64,000 nt of DNA. It comes from Microbotryum violaceum (lineage: Eukaryota). The translations under genes were made by a program, and so were the position numbers. Position 1 is the first letter of the stretch; each line of letters begins with the position of its first letter. The notes under the pieces were generated by a model. The model saw only the letters and a list, made by a program, of their open reading frames with translations, made no database searches and had not been told where the DNA came from. This document shows, piece after piece, positions 17,973 to 29,800 of the stretch. Location of the stretch: NCBI GenBank assembly GCA_001244265.2, contig CDLV01000019.1, positions 620,001 through 684,000 of the forward strand, written 5' to 3'.

Positions 17973-19945
17973 TCAGTCCTCTACAGAACCTTGTGATTGT
18001 GGGTCGTTCGGATCCATCTCCGAGTCGTCTGTCAGCCCGAAAGGCTTTCCGCAGTCCAAGCACGCCCCTTCACACCCAGTCACCGATCCGTCATCGCTTA
18101 GTTTTGACCCCTTGAGTCGACAAGTAGTTTGACCACAGAATCGACAGTGCCTTGCCCCTTTTGTGGTACCCGCGCGCGTCAAAGCGCTGCTCGTGCCCAA
18201 GTCCGCGCTCGAACCAGCGTCGCTCGAGGCAGTTGCAACAAAGGGGCGGATGGATGACGTTGGCGGATCTGAGGCATCGATTTCTATATCCGTAAGCCTC
18301 CCCAAGACTGGCGGTTTGTGACCAAGTAATGGCTTAGCCGCTAGCATGCTAACATCACGACCACGGGAGGGGTCGGTAAGCAAAGCTTGAATCACTTTGA
18401 CGTCGTTCCCACCCATGTTCATTGTGGCTTGAGCATTTGCCAGCGACGACCATCTCGATGCCCATGTATTAATGTGCTCTTGCGACATACTTTGTAAAAG
18501 ATGTCTACTCCGTTGGCATACTTGTTCCAAAGCTCGGGAATCTCCAATATCCGAAGATTTTGAGGAGCTCCCAGTCGTATCTTGCTTGGGAGATATCTGT
18601 ATAGCGCTCGTTCGCTGGGTGTATGGACATGTAATACAGCGAATCGAGTACCCTGACGTTCCGCTAGCCAGTCGTGGCGAAGCTTGCGATCGGTTAGCAG
18701 CCGGCTTTGCATATGCTGTATCGCCGACGTATTGTTTTGCAGCAAGTTCCGTGGCGACCACTTGACGGGCTCCAAACGCAGAGTCCCGCGCTCGACGTGA
18801 TAGGGCTCGATCAAAAAGCGCATTTGCGCTGTTGGCGACTGAACAGGTACGATGCCGAATGTTTCGGTGGATCGGGTGTAGAGCAGCGGGTTGACTATAT
18901 CTGACACATGGTTGAGTGCCGTGGGAGAAATGCCGAGGTCTTGCGCCTTAGACGATGTAATTCCACAGTGAGCCAGAGGTTGTAGTGCCCCACAAATGGT
19001 TTTCCGGTACGATTGAACGTCCCAACCTGCAAATACAAGGGATAGTGGGTGAGAAAGGTTGCCGCTTCTTCGAATCGCGATGGTGAAGTTGGACTGACCG
19101 TGAGATTGTGCACTAGCACGTAGTCAGCCAAGCACGCATTGGCATGGCACGGAGAAACACCCGACTTTGGAAACCGCTGGCGGAGGTTCCGGTGGATGCC
19201 TCCTTCGAGACTGTTGGTGCCGCACTGGCAGGAATATAAACGGACACCGTCATCCGCCTTTCCATCTGGCCCTCCGCAAGGCCCAAGGTCGGTGTACAGC
19301 TCGATGCCAACTGGATCCGAGACTTGGCCTTTCCGAATCGCCTCAAGACATCTCTTCGCTGCCTCGTGCGCCGCTTTGTTGAAAAGTGGTTGCTTCGACT
19401 TCGCATCGATCAATGGTCCGAACTTCTCAAAGACCTCCCGGACCAAAGGCTCGAGAATGCTTGGCGGAGGGATTCATCGACGAACGCGTCTCCAAAGCTT
19501 CTTATTCCATACCGGCGAACGGAGGGCTTCTTCCCACGTCATTCCGAGTTTTGCTAGGCGAGCCTCCATCAGGAGTCGATCATCCGCATTCGGGATGAAA
19601 ATCGCATCGGAGAACGCGCGAGCAAAGGCTTTGGCAGCGCCATGTTTTTTGGACACATAGATCCGGTCAAAGAAATGCCAGAGATCGATTAGAATCCGCA
19701 CAGCGGTCTCGTCTGAGGAAGGGACTAGTGAAAGGGGATAGTTCGATATACGTACATCAGCTCCAGCCCCGGCGCCAGGACTGGGGCAAGTCCGTAGTAA
19801 CTGACCTTTGCTTGTTGCAGCCTTGCCCCAGATAGCTTTGCCAGCTGCTTCATTCTGTCGTCCGTGTTATCGGCGCTTCGTTTCCGAAAGAAGCGTGATA
19901 GCAGTTGCATCGTAAGATATGGCACGTTGCAGCATGAAGACAAGG
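17973..19945 (-). pseudogene. Decayed DDE transposase fragment, Dada-like
   Basis: IDLWHFFDR (DxxH), AFSDAIF, IPPP, DAKSKQPLF, SDPVGIELY, GTNSLEGGIH, WN..ANG..IFYK and a C-terminal Cys cluster; in-frame stop at ~19474 and frameshifts. Family assignment from recalled motifs only. Confidence 0.6.
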
Positions 19946-19970
19946 GATGGCCGCGTGCGGCGCGCCTGAT

Positions 19971-20866
19971 TGCGCCAACTCAAGTGCGCCAACTCAAGTG
20001 CGCCAACTCAAGTGCGCCAACTCAAGTGCGCCAACTCAAGTGCGCCAACTCAAGTGCGCCAACTCAAGTGCGCCAACTCAAGTGCGCCAACTCAAGTGCG
20101 CCAACTCAAGTGCGCCAACTCAACTCGGTGCGCCAACTCACGCGCGCGCGGTGCGCTAACTCAAGTGCGCTAACTCAAAGGCTTTGCGCAAGGTTCGCCG
20201 GGTTCACTCGGACGCCGAGGATACCGGCCACCTTCTCTCCCTGGGGTCCCTCCATCCGGGAAGCCAAGTCGCCTCCCCAACCAGCCCACATCCCAACAAT
20301 CGATCTACCTTCTGTGTGATGTGCCTCTCGGAAGCACCCGAGTGCCTGGTTCACCTCGCGGTCGGCTGCCCATTTGCCCGGCGCCTCTGGTCTGCTCTGT
20401 CCCCGACCCCCACCCAGTCTTTGTGAACTTTGTATGCCCGGTCGTGTCTCGCTCGGAACGTCGACTTGTCGAACTATGGGTCCTCTTCTTTCACTCGATC
20501 TTCTGGAAGCTCTGTCGCGGTCGTCGATTCTCGTCGGATCTTTTGGAACCGATCATCGAAACGGAGTTCGAGGGGCTTCGAGCCTCTATCCAGGAGTCCA
20601 AGGGTCGCCTAGTGTCTCTGTAAGACACCAAAGGGGGTTTTAGTGGGTATGGTTGATCCTGGTTCAGGGTCAATGAGTCCTACACTACTGGCTTCTGCCA
20701 GTGTGCGTAACAGCATTCCCTCCGACTTTTCCGAAGATTTCTAGGTATTAATATAATTATGCTGTTAATGAAGTCTATCAAATAAAAAACAAAAAAACTC
20801 AAGTGCGCCAACTCGGGCGCCCGACTGCGCCAACTCAAGTGCGCTATCTCAATTGCGCCAACTCAA
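19971..20866. repeat. 14-bp tandem repeat (TGCGCCAACTCAAG), ~10 perfect units then degenerate units, split by an insertion
   Basis: Perfect array 19971-~20120; degenerate units to 20178 and again 20796-20866. Confidence 0.95.
20179..20797 (+). mobile_element. 5'-truncated LINE 3' end (another family) inserted in the 14-bp repeat
   Basis: Zinc finger CVMCLSEAPECLVHLAVGCPFARRLW, 3' UTR, A-rich tail; AACTCAA on both flanks as candidate target-site duplication. Confidence 0.8.
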
Positions 20867-23800
20867 TTTGGCGCGCGCGAATTAGCGCAAGCGCACCCCC
20901 AGCACCGGTACCGCCCCAGATCTGTCTTCGGACCGATCCTGACACGACCCGCTGGCTCCTCGGCGCTCGTCGGTGCGGCTCGCCCCGGGGCCTCGACTGC
21001 GCGTGCGTCGACGGGTCCGTTGTAAACCATCTTGGTTGCCTATCCAGTACGCCAAAAGTGGAGGCACTGTTATACCCGGTAATTAGCCACGGCTGTACGC
21101 GCGTCTGGCCCGAGGCACAACAGGAAGTATGTCGTATGAGTGATGCAGGCGGAAGCTAGGCGCGCGGGTGCTTAGGCTGGAGTGTGGGCGCACAGCTGAG
21201 GGTTGGCTGAGGCCAGGTGGATGGCTGGATTAGGAAGGAGTTTCGCTTAGCGAAAGAGGCTTTTCTTAGTTGCATCTTGGGGCTACTCTCTTGTTCTTTT
21301 CCTCATCACTTGATCTTACAACTTCCTGGTCCTGACTTTGGCGTGTTATCACAACGCATCTCTGCGCCGCTTAGGAGCGCGAGACTATCAGATTCACAAC
21401 AAAGTAGACTCTACCTTATCCTTTGATTCGTTTTTTCTTTGGAATACCAGTGGAACCGTGGTACCCGGGATCCCGTCGGAGGCATTTCCGACATAGCGGG
21501 CCCCGTCAGGAGTCATTCCGGTTGTAGCGGGGTCGCGTTATTTTAGCGGGGTCTGTGGTACTTGGAATTCCGTCGGAAGCAGCGGTTGTAGCGGAGTTGT
21601 TTCGGTCGAAGCAGGATCGAGTTCCGAAGTCGTGTCGGTCGAAGCAGGGTCGAGTTCCGAAGTGGTTTCGAGGGCGGAGTCGGGAGTCGTTTCAATTTCC
21701 ACTAGTCCGAGCAGGGATCTGCCAAACGCCGGTTTTGGCAGATTTCTCAGTGGTTAAGCGGTCCCGGATAAACTCAGTACTTCGGTGACTCGGACTTGAC
21801 TGGCAGCGACGAATCATGTGGCGGGATTTGAGTGGAAGACCGGGCCGGATGCGCGGACGAAGGGATGAAGGGGAATGAAAGGAGCGCAGCGGTTTGAATG
21901 GTCGGAACGTTTGAGGGGAGTTTGCTTCTTGTTCTTAGCTAGACCACTTCTAGGATCCAATACAGCATCCTAGCTGGTTCTCACTTTCTGCGTGTGTCAG
22001 GTCTCGTCTCTCGTCTCCAGTCTCCAGTCTCAGCGTTTTGTTCTCGTACTCGGTCTCGATTCTCGGTTTGGGCCCCTTTCTCGTCTCTCGGCCGTTCCGG
22101 TAGCTCTCTCCTTTCTCGTCCCTCGTCTTCGGTCTCGGTTCCATCGTTTCCCCTTATCTTTCCATATCATCATTGATGGAGCGCTTTGCTATACCATAGA
22201 ACCTGTTAAATTAACAGGAGGATGAAGTTCAAATAGCGGTATAATTGAAGAGTACATATGGTTACAGCAGGACGGAAACAGGGAATTTGAGGGGGACACC
22301 CTTGTGCAACCCTATGCTCAAAATTCTGGTTCTGCCTGGACGTCCCGATCGACCAGCGAAAAACGTTTCGAGGTCAGCTGCGAGCGCCGAACTGGGCGTC
22401 GAGGGAGCGGATGGACCTCACCGATCGATCGCCTCTTGGACGTGCGGGATGCGCGCTCACGTTGTTCCGCCGTCGTAGGGGCACGAACAGCGGTAAAGCT
22501 TTTGTTTGTGAGCATCGCGTTGGCGACAAGAGGCCGCTGTCGCCGCAGCCGGTCGGCGAGACCCGATGCGACGGAACGTCGCTCGCACTCCATGCGTAGC
22601 CGGACCGCCGAAGCCTCGTCCAGGTTGCTCCCCCTCTCACTCTGAGAATACGCGAGCGCCCCGGGGGGTCGTCTACAACGAGCCGCCGATCGATCATGAC
22701 TGTCAGCGCATCGCTCGGCCTGGGGGGGCAGGCGGGGGCCAAGGACGCACCGGATTGAGGTGGGCACGGTTGCAGGTGGACGCGATGCGGGCGGGCTCAG
22801 CTGGCGTAGAACGTGGTGGAGGTCGGGGTGCTCGAAGGGGTGTGTGAGCGCAAGAGCGAACGTCGGCGCAAACGAGCTCAAAGCTGCCGGCGCGTACGCT
22901 CGGACCAGCTCGGGCCCCCGCGAGTCGGCTCCTGACGTCACGTCTACTTTGGCCAATTGTCGCCGACGCTCCGAGGAGTATGGGGGGCGGCTGTGCTTCT
23001 CCAGAAGATCGTGGGTCCTGCCATGGGAGTTCGCAGTGGTCGCTGGAAAATACGAAACGGACCGAGCAGGTGTCAGCTCCCCTTTGCGAACGACCGGACG
23101 TACGCTTGCCAAGATTGCCTACATCTGACCGCATGGAAGGACAGCAATTGATGCTAAGCTAGCTGTGCAATCGGAGCGGTAGCCCCCTTGGTGATGGTGC
23201 AAGCAGTGTACGTGGAGTCAGGGTATGTGTGCTACACTGATCAGCTTCGATCCTCCTCGAGCGGCGAGGGGACGGTGCTCACCAGGATAATGATCTGCAT
23301 GGAGGACTGAGGGGAGCACTAGGGCCTAAAAGTCAGTGCCGAGCTCGCCAGGGCGGGGACTCGGCTGTGGGGTGTCGCACAGTGACTCACCAGCGCGGCG
23401 CGTTGGAACGACGAAATGCGGTCAGACGATCAGACGACGTGGTCGATAGCGAATCTCACAGGTTACCCAGAGAGAGGTTGGCTGGGGGTGTATATGTGGG
23501 GCCAATACAAAAGACAGAGAGAAGGGGAGAGGTGATGCGACCGCGCGCTCGAGACCTCCCCGAGCCGGCGCGAGCGACGGCCCACCGCCGCTCTCAGGAG
23601 ACAGTAGTGCTCGGACCTCCTGGCCGACGTCGGGCGAGCTAGTAGCAGGTATATGCCGGGACTCGGCTCCCCTACCGCAAACGTTGACGACAGTATGAAG
23701 CGTGAGTGGAACCTTTATTTACTGTGCGACTATGAATGGCTGTGTGAGAATTCACGGTGGAGATTGCCCACCCGGCCACTAGGCGCTCCACCAGGAAGTC

Positions 23801-24786
23801 CCGTCGTACGACTTACTGTCCCGTGCCTCCCCGGTTGCGTCAGCACCCGCTGGATTTGCCGCAGAGTTCTAGCCCAGTATCGAGCTCCGAGCACCTTTCA
23901 ACAAGCTCCTCGACGTCCTTCGCGGTCCAGAGCCCCAAGAACCCCCGATCGACCTGGAAGCAAATCACTGTGCGTGGCCATGAACGCTCGGATGTGCTCG
24001 ACCCGCATCTCTTTACTCGCAAACAGGGTGAGCCCACTGACGGGACAAGTTGAAATAGCGACGTGGGGCAGCCTTTCAAGGATCGTCCCTCCCTGCAAGC
24101 TTCCGCATCGCCGCTGAACCTTGTCGCTTGCCACCCGACTGCCCAATCGAGTACTAGTTGAAGCGGCTTCTGCGCCCCATCCCGGCGGTGTCGATGTATT
24201 CGAGCGTCCTTCTTACTTCGACTCGGTCAAACGGAATCGTCAGGTAGCCCAGTGTTCTTGCTCGGAGCTTTCCTTGTCGTCGCTCTCACCGCTGGAGCAA
24301 GGATGCGAGCGATCATGGCGGATCCTTCGGCGATCGAGGCGAGACAGGTCGTGAGGATCGCGACAAAGGGTTCTGATGTGTCGACCATGCCGACAAAAAA
24401 AAACGAGTAGAAGAAGTACAGCCCAGAGGGATCTCTGCTATGAACACCGAATTCCTCGAGGGTATCAGAGCGAGACCAAGTGTAAAACCAGCCCCTTCAC
24501 AACTAGACTACACAGTCAAAAAGGCTAACAGTTTCAATCGATGCAGATTGAAATCAGAAGATTTAAGGCGCAAGGTAACTTTGGTCCTTGCACCAAGCTC
24601 GGTGGGCCCAGGCTCCGGCTTGATCGACGAACTCACCTTCCGAGCAATTTCGACGACGCGTGTCATGCCGACTAATTCCGTGAACGGAGTTGGGAGGGAG
24701 TTGCGGAGTCCTCATTCGTGACAGCGGTCTGTGTCAAAAGGACAAGCAGCACAACCAACTGGTAATTTTGACTCAAAAGCAGGACC

Positions 24787-24818
24787 TCTGGATCCTTAGA
24801 CCACTCGGACATCCGCCC
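24787..24818 (-). pseudogene. tRNA-Leu-like 5' half
   Basis: GGGCGGATGTCCGAGTGGTCTAAGGATCCAGA matches the first 32 nt of the tRNA at 16208 with few changes; no anticodon loop or T arm follows. Confidence 0.7.
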
Positions 24819-25303
24819 GTTTGTTATTTAATGTACAACGAAGGCGTACTGCGCTACGCACCCTCTTTTTTAACCGCGCGAGCTTGCGCAGTGGAAGGCT
24901 GCGCGTCTTCCCCCCGCCCTCCTCTTTACCCTAGGGCGGTTTCCCTGTTTGTCTGGAACGGCAGGTAGGGTAGACGCTTAAGAATGTTGGTATTCCCTGC
25001 TAAGTCTTTCCATTTCTCGTTTCCTCTCTCTCTTCCTCTCCGGTGGCTCAGACGTTGACAATAATTTGGGCCACACCCCCTTTCTCCTTTTCCTGCTTTT
25101 GGATCCGAGCTGGTTGCGTCGGATCGGCGAGAAGGATCGCTCGCTTGGGTCAAGATTCTCGCAACATGGCGAGGCTCGTTCGGATGATTTTTCTTTGGAT
25201 CGTTCGCTCGGCTTGAAGGCTCAATAGCCAGCGCTCGAGACGCAGCCAACCGAGGCCTTCAGGCGCTGTCGGGGTGACGAGTAGCTGGGGCTTGGCTGCG
25301 GCC

Positions 25304-25612
25304 TGTCAGTCCCTGGGGACCTCTATCTTGTCACAGTTATTGGTTAAGAGTCTGAAGAGTTTCTAATACGATTAGGTTTGATCTCATTATTCTAATTCTT
25401 ATTTGCTAAACGGAATATATTATCACCTCACAAATCTTGCCCTGACCTTACAATCTATTAGCTTGTTTAGATTGGTCTGCGCCTGAGTGACACTTTTCTC
25501 CTTAGTCTTACTCCGTTCGCTCTGGTAACGGTTCTGACATAAGTGTCCTCAGGTGAGTTGTCATTACATATATTGTTCGATCTCGCAACGGTTCTGACAT
25601 AAGTGTCCTCAG
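25304..25612 (+). mobile_element. Probable LTR (TGTCAG...CTGACA, 25304-25539) with a duplicated LTR-end/internal junction
   Basis: 6-bp inverted termini TG..CA; 26-bp direct repeat AACGGTTCTGACATAAGTGTCCTCAG at 25527 and 25587. Confidence 0.5.
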
Positions 25613-25989
25613 TGCGAGATACATAGCGTTCCACATTCCATCTTATATCTCTGGCTTTGACCCCTCCCTTGCCCCCCCCCCCCCTCCCCCCCTTTGTTGT
25701 AGTATTTCTACTTCTCCGTGTTTCTGGTCGTGGCTTTTTCTATATGTCCCCTTTCTTTCTAAGTGCTCCCTGCTTATCGCGCATCTTCGCTCCCGAACCT
25801 GGGATGTCACCGTCCGTTGAAGTCCGACTTATAGGTGCTCGGCGGGTTTTGATCTGCGCGGCGCTCTTGGCGCGCAGGGGTATGATTACCATCCATCTGC
25901 TTGTCGTCACTGCTTAGAACCTCTTTTAGCTCTTTTTGAAGCGGTTCCAGCTAACCCGAAGGCAAAAACAAACAGAAAGCATAAAAAAG

Positions 25990-26700
25990 AGGGCTTCGGG
26001 CGTCAGGGTGATTGCGCGCAGTCGTTGTCCTGTCTTTGTCTCGACCGAGTGGGAGTTGGGAAGTGGATGCGGAATGGGCCTCATGTCGTTGGTACATTCT
26101 TTGCTCTTCGGGTTCTGTTTTTTTTTTTTTCTTTCCCTCTCATTCGTCTTCTGGGGTGAGCAACCGCTTGGCTGGGGCATTTCAATCCCAAGTGTGGAAG
26201 GGGTCGACGCCATCCTGTTGCTCGCAACTTGTGGGCCGCTATCACGAAATAGAAGGCGTGAGCCGAACGAAGGGGCTCGAGACGAGGGGTGAGGGACGAG
26301 CCGAAAGATCTTCTAAGGGCTTCTCAACAGGGACGATGGCGTGACCCTTGACGAGATTCGAGTTGCAGGAACGGAACGGAAAAGAGAGGGTAATAGTACG
26401 GAGTTGAGCTTGAGTGTCGAGAGCACAGCGTAGGAGACGAAAAGAGGAAGAGGCATAGCGTGACGCGAGAAGGGCGGTGCGGGTTGCATGGGAAAGCTGC
26501 TCGGGGCCGAGTAATGCCCAGCAGTGCTTTCATCGTCAAATTCCACGAGGAATTGAGGACAATATGATGAGCAGTCTCCACGACCAACAAAAAATGACCG
26601 GGCGGGACAAATCAGGATATTCACGGAGAGGGTCTTGACAATGATCAGCAGTGGGATTTGGAGGATACAGGAGGACGGGGCGAGTATGATAAGCTTGGAG
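25990..26700 (+). mobile_element. Old degenerate relatives of the element B family (3' UTR, 3' end with A tail, then another ORF2 C-terminal fragment)
   Basis: GTCTCGACCGAGTGGGA and GAGCAACCGCTTGGCT shared with the B 3' UTR; CAATATGATGA..AAAAAA end at ~26560-26594; IRIFTERVLTMISSGIW resembles IEIFTGLVLEMISSGRW. Confidence 0.75.
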
Positions 26701-26802
26701 GACTCTGCACCCGTCCCCCACGCCGCCAGAGTGTCGGTTGAAAACAGGGCTATGATTTATATAACAACACAGGGGGGGTATTATGTTAAAGGTCTCCTAC
26801 AG

Positions 26803-29800
26803 CTAAGGATTCATATCTTCCCCTTCCATCTCGGACTCGTCAAGCGTGGTGATCGTCCCGTCCTCTTGGATCATGCGGATGTACTGCACAGACAGCAGGG
26901 AGCAAGGAAACCATGATCGGTTTCATCTTAATAATATGTGAACTCGCCCAATAGAGAGGCTCACCTCGTGTCGTTGCTGAATCAGCTCGGCTGGCGTCGA
27001 CATTGGTGTGAGGGCAAAGGGCATACGAGCATAATCGTCCGACCCGAGCGCGAGCGGCGCCTCCGCGCGACGATTGACGGCCTGCGCAAAAAAAAATGAG
27101 CACATTTTCCGATCCCACACGCAAAATATTAAGTCCCTTACCCGATCTCCCAGTGCGGACTTTTTGCCGGGCGCATACTTGGACAGCTTGGCGTCCCTGG
27201 TTGGGGTGCGAGGGCCAAGGGCCAAGTTCAGGGGATGCGCTGGACCCAATATACCAAGCCGGCCCACAAAACTCACGTGATAGAGTACAGCGTCTTGAGG
27301 TGATCGCGCAGCAGCAAGGCGATGCCACACCTGACGGATTGGCGAGCAAGATCCGGACTCGGGGCCGGTGCGATTCGATCTGGTTCGAGGGTATGCAGCG
27401 GTCAGTCAAGGAGGGCGTGTCAAGCTAAATACGACCATCCAGGACGGACCTCCTTTCGAGGTCGCGGGTAACTGCTGCCCGTCGGTCCCCTCCGGCGGCA
27501 TTGAAGAGGGTGCCTCGTCGTCGAGCCACTCGGCCCCCTCGTCCAGACCCGCTTCGAGCAAGTGGAGGACCTGGAGACCCGAGACGGCGAGTGCAGAGTT
27601 GAGGTGCGCGATGACCGACAGGGGTTCCTCGTAGCGCTTGTAGTCCAATGTCGAGAGTGCCTCGGCAATGTAACGCACGAACGCAACGTCGTCATCGGAA
27701 CAGCTCGCTCCCGGTTCGACCTCGAGCGCGCGCGTTAGTGTTTTGAGGAAATCGAGCTGTACGACGCGTTTCTCCTTCTGCAGGAGACCGTACCAACGAC
27801 CGAAATGCGAGACCGGTGGGTCGCCGAGGTATCCGGTGATGCGCTGCGATTGGTTCGCGCCACGCGCGTTCGAGCGCGAGAACGTGAAAGCGACCTTGGC
27901 AGGCTCGAGGAAGCGCGTGCTCAGCAGCGACGCGTGTTTCTGGTACATCAGCGAGAGTGTTGCGTGCGCCTGGCTCAAAGTCTGCGCGTCGGGACTCGTC
28001 GTCAGGGCGACGAGGTGGGGCGCGATCGTGAGCGGGTGGCTGAAGCCGGAGTGCGCGACCGCCGTCAAGAGTTCCACGCCGACGCGCTGGATCGCACCGT
28101 TCGTCGACAGCGTCGAGGCGAGGATCTGGTCGATGTAGCGTTGACTGATGGCGCTCGCGACGCCCGAGTCGGCGAATCCGTCGACGTTGCCGACGAGTTC
28201 CTCAAGCTTGACGGCACCATGGGCTTTGGCGGCGGCGGCGGCCCTTTTCGAGGCACCGACGAGGAGCGGCGCCGCGGCCGTCGTCGGACCACCGGCGCGC
28301 GCTTGGCTGCCCAAAAAGTCCTGCATGATCTTGAGCAGCTGCAATTGCGTCTGCTGCGCGGGCGAGGCAAAGATGGCGTCCATGATCGATGTCGACGGCG
28401 GCAGCAGCATCAGAGTCGGGTACGCGCGAAAGAGGAAGCCGAGACTCGACAGCGCCGCCGCCGAGACGACGGGGCTGATCTGGAGCTGGTGCAGCTTGAC
28501 GAGGATGCCGTAGACGTGCTCCGAAATGGACTTGGGCGTGATCTGGTTGATTTGCGCTTTGGTTTCTGCGGGCAATCAACGGGGTGACACAAAGAGCCAT
28601 CAGCAAGAGAAAACGGGCAGAGGGGGGGACGGGGGAGACCAGACTTGCGAGGGTACTGGATGCGCAGCTGGTCGAGGTTGGCGTGCTCGCAAAACAGCGA
28701 CGACAAAAAGCACAAGATCGGCAGCGCCTTGGTCGGATCCCCCTTGGTCGGTCCCACGACCGCGGCTGCTCCTCCCCCGGCGGCCATCGCCATGAGTATC
28801 TTGACGGTCGCAAGCAGCCGCTCGACGCTGACGCGAAAGACGTTGATCATGGCGCCGAAATCGTGGGTTTGCCCGCGCACGACGGCACAGTAGCACGCGA
28901 CAACCTCCTGCAGCGTCGTGGCGCTCGACGAGGGCTTGTTCAGCATCGGCATCAACGCGCTCTGCAGATCCTTGGCGAACTTGGTCGACGTCTTGGGCAT
29001 CGTCGTCACGGCCGAGCGGAAGATCTTGAGGAGGTAGTCGCTGACGATCTGCTCCTGCGGCGTCGTTGCGCTCTTGAGGAACGGCAGCAGGATCGTCGCC
29101 TTCGACGTCGACAGCAACGACGCGTCAACCGAGACGAGGACGTGGACGGTTTTGACGCACGCGACGATGTTGCGCGAGCCTTCTTCGTCCTCGAGCAGGC
29201 CGTCGATGAGAGACTCGGTGATGTCGCGCAGTCGTTCGAGGGGCGTCGTCGTGCTCGCGTTAGTCGCTGTTGAGGTCGCTGTCGCCGCCACCGCCGCTGT
29301 CGTCGTCGAGGTCTTGTCCCGGTGGCGGGCGAGGACTATGCGCAACACCTCGTCGACGGGAGGGGCCCGGTCGCGATTCTCGCCGCCGGTGATGGCCATG
29401 ACGAGGTGAGCCAGCTGGTCGATGCGCGGCTCGTGTGTCCCGACGTCGTAGCGTTCGTCCGTAGCGCCAACGGTGGCACCCAAGGTCTCCACCTGGCCGC
29501 CACCGCCAACTGGAGTCGCGGAACCCGAATGGCTAGCGCCGCCACCAGCATCACCGTGACGACCCCAGCGTGTGAACCAGAGCTCCTCGATGGCGTCGAC
29601 CGCGAGCTCCTTGACGCCGTCGTCCTCGTCCAGCGTGCGCCACACGAGCTTGCGACAAATGTCGATGCGTTGCTCCTCGGTAGCAACGACGCCGTAGAGC
29701 GTCTTGAGGAGCCGCACGACGCGCTTGCGCACGCTGAGGCCGGTGTCGGTGATGCGTTCGGCGATCTGCGGGAGGTAGCGCGTCGCGAGGGCGGGACGAT

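Noticed and set aside
19864-20319. Repetitive ORFs (APTQVRQLKCANSS)n and CRISPR-like appearance
   Set aside because: Translation of a 14-bp tandem repeat; no unique spacers; eukaryotic context.
20890-24400. Probable transposon and pseudogene debris with short repeats and splice-like signals
   Set aside because: No protein or terminal motif I could identify with confidence.
16386-24818. Trans-spliced or split tRNA from the 5' half and 3' half
   Set aside because: Opposite strands, acceptor stems do not pair well, and no complementary leader/trailer was seen.
24681-24818. Complete tRNA using CTCCGTTCA as the acceptor 3' strand
   Set aside because: No T loop, no anticodon loop and internal T4 runs.
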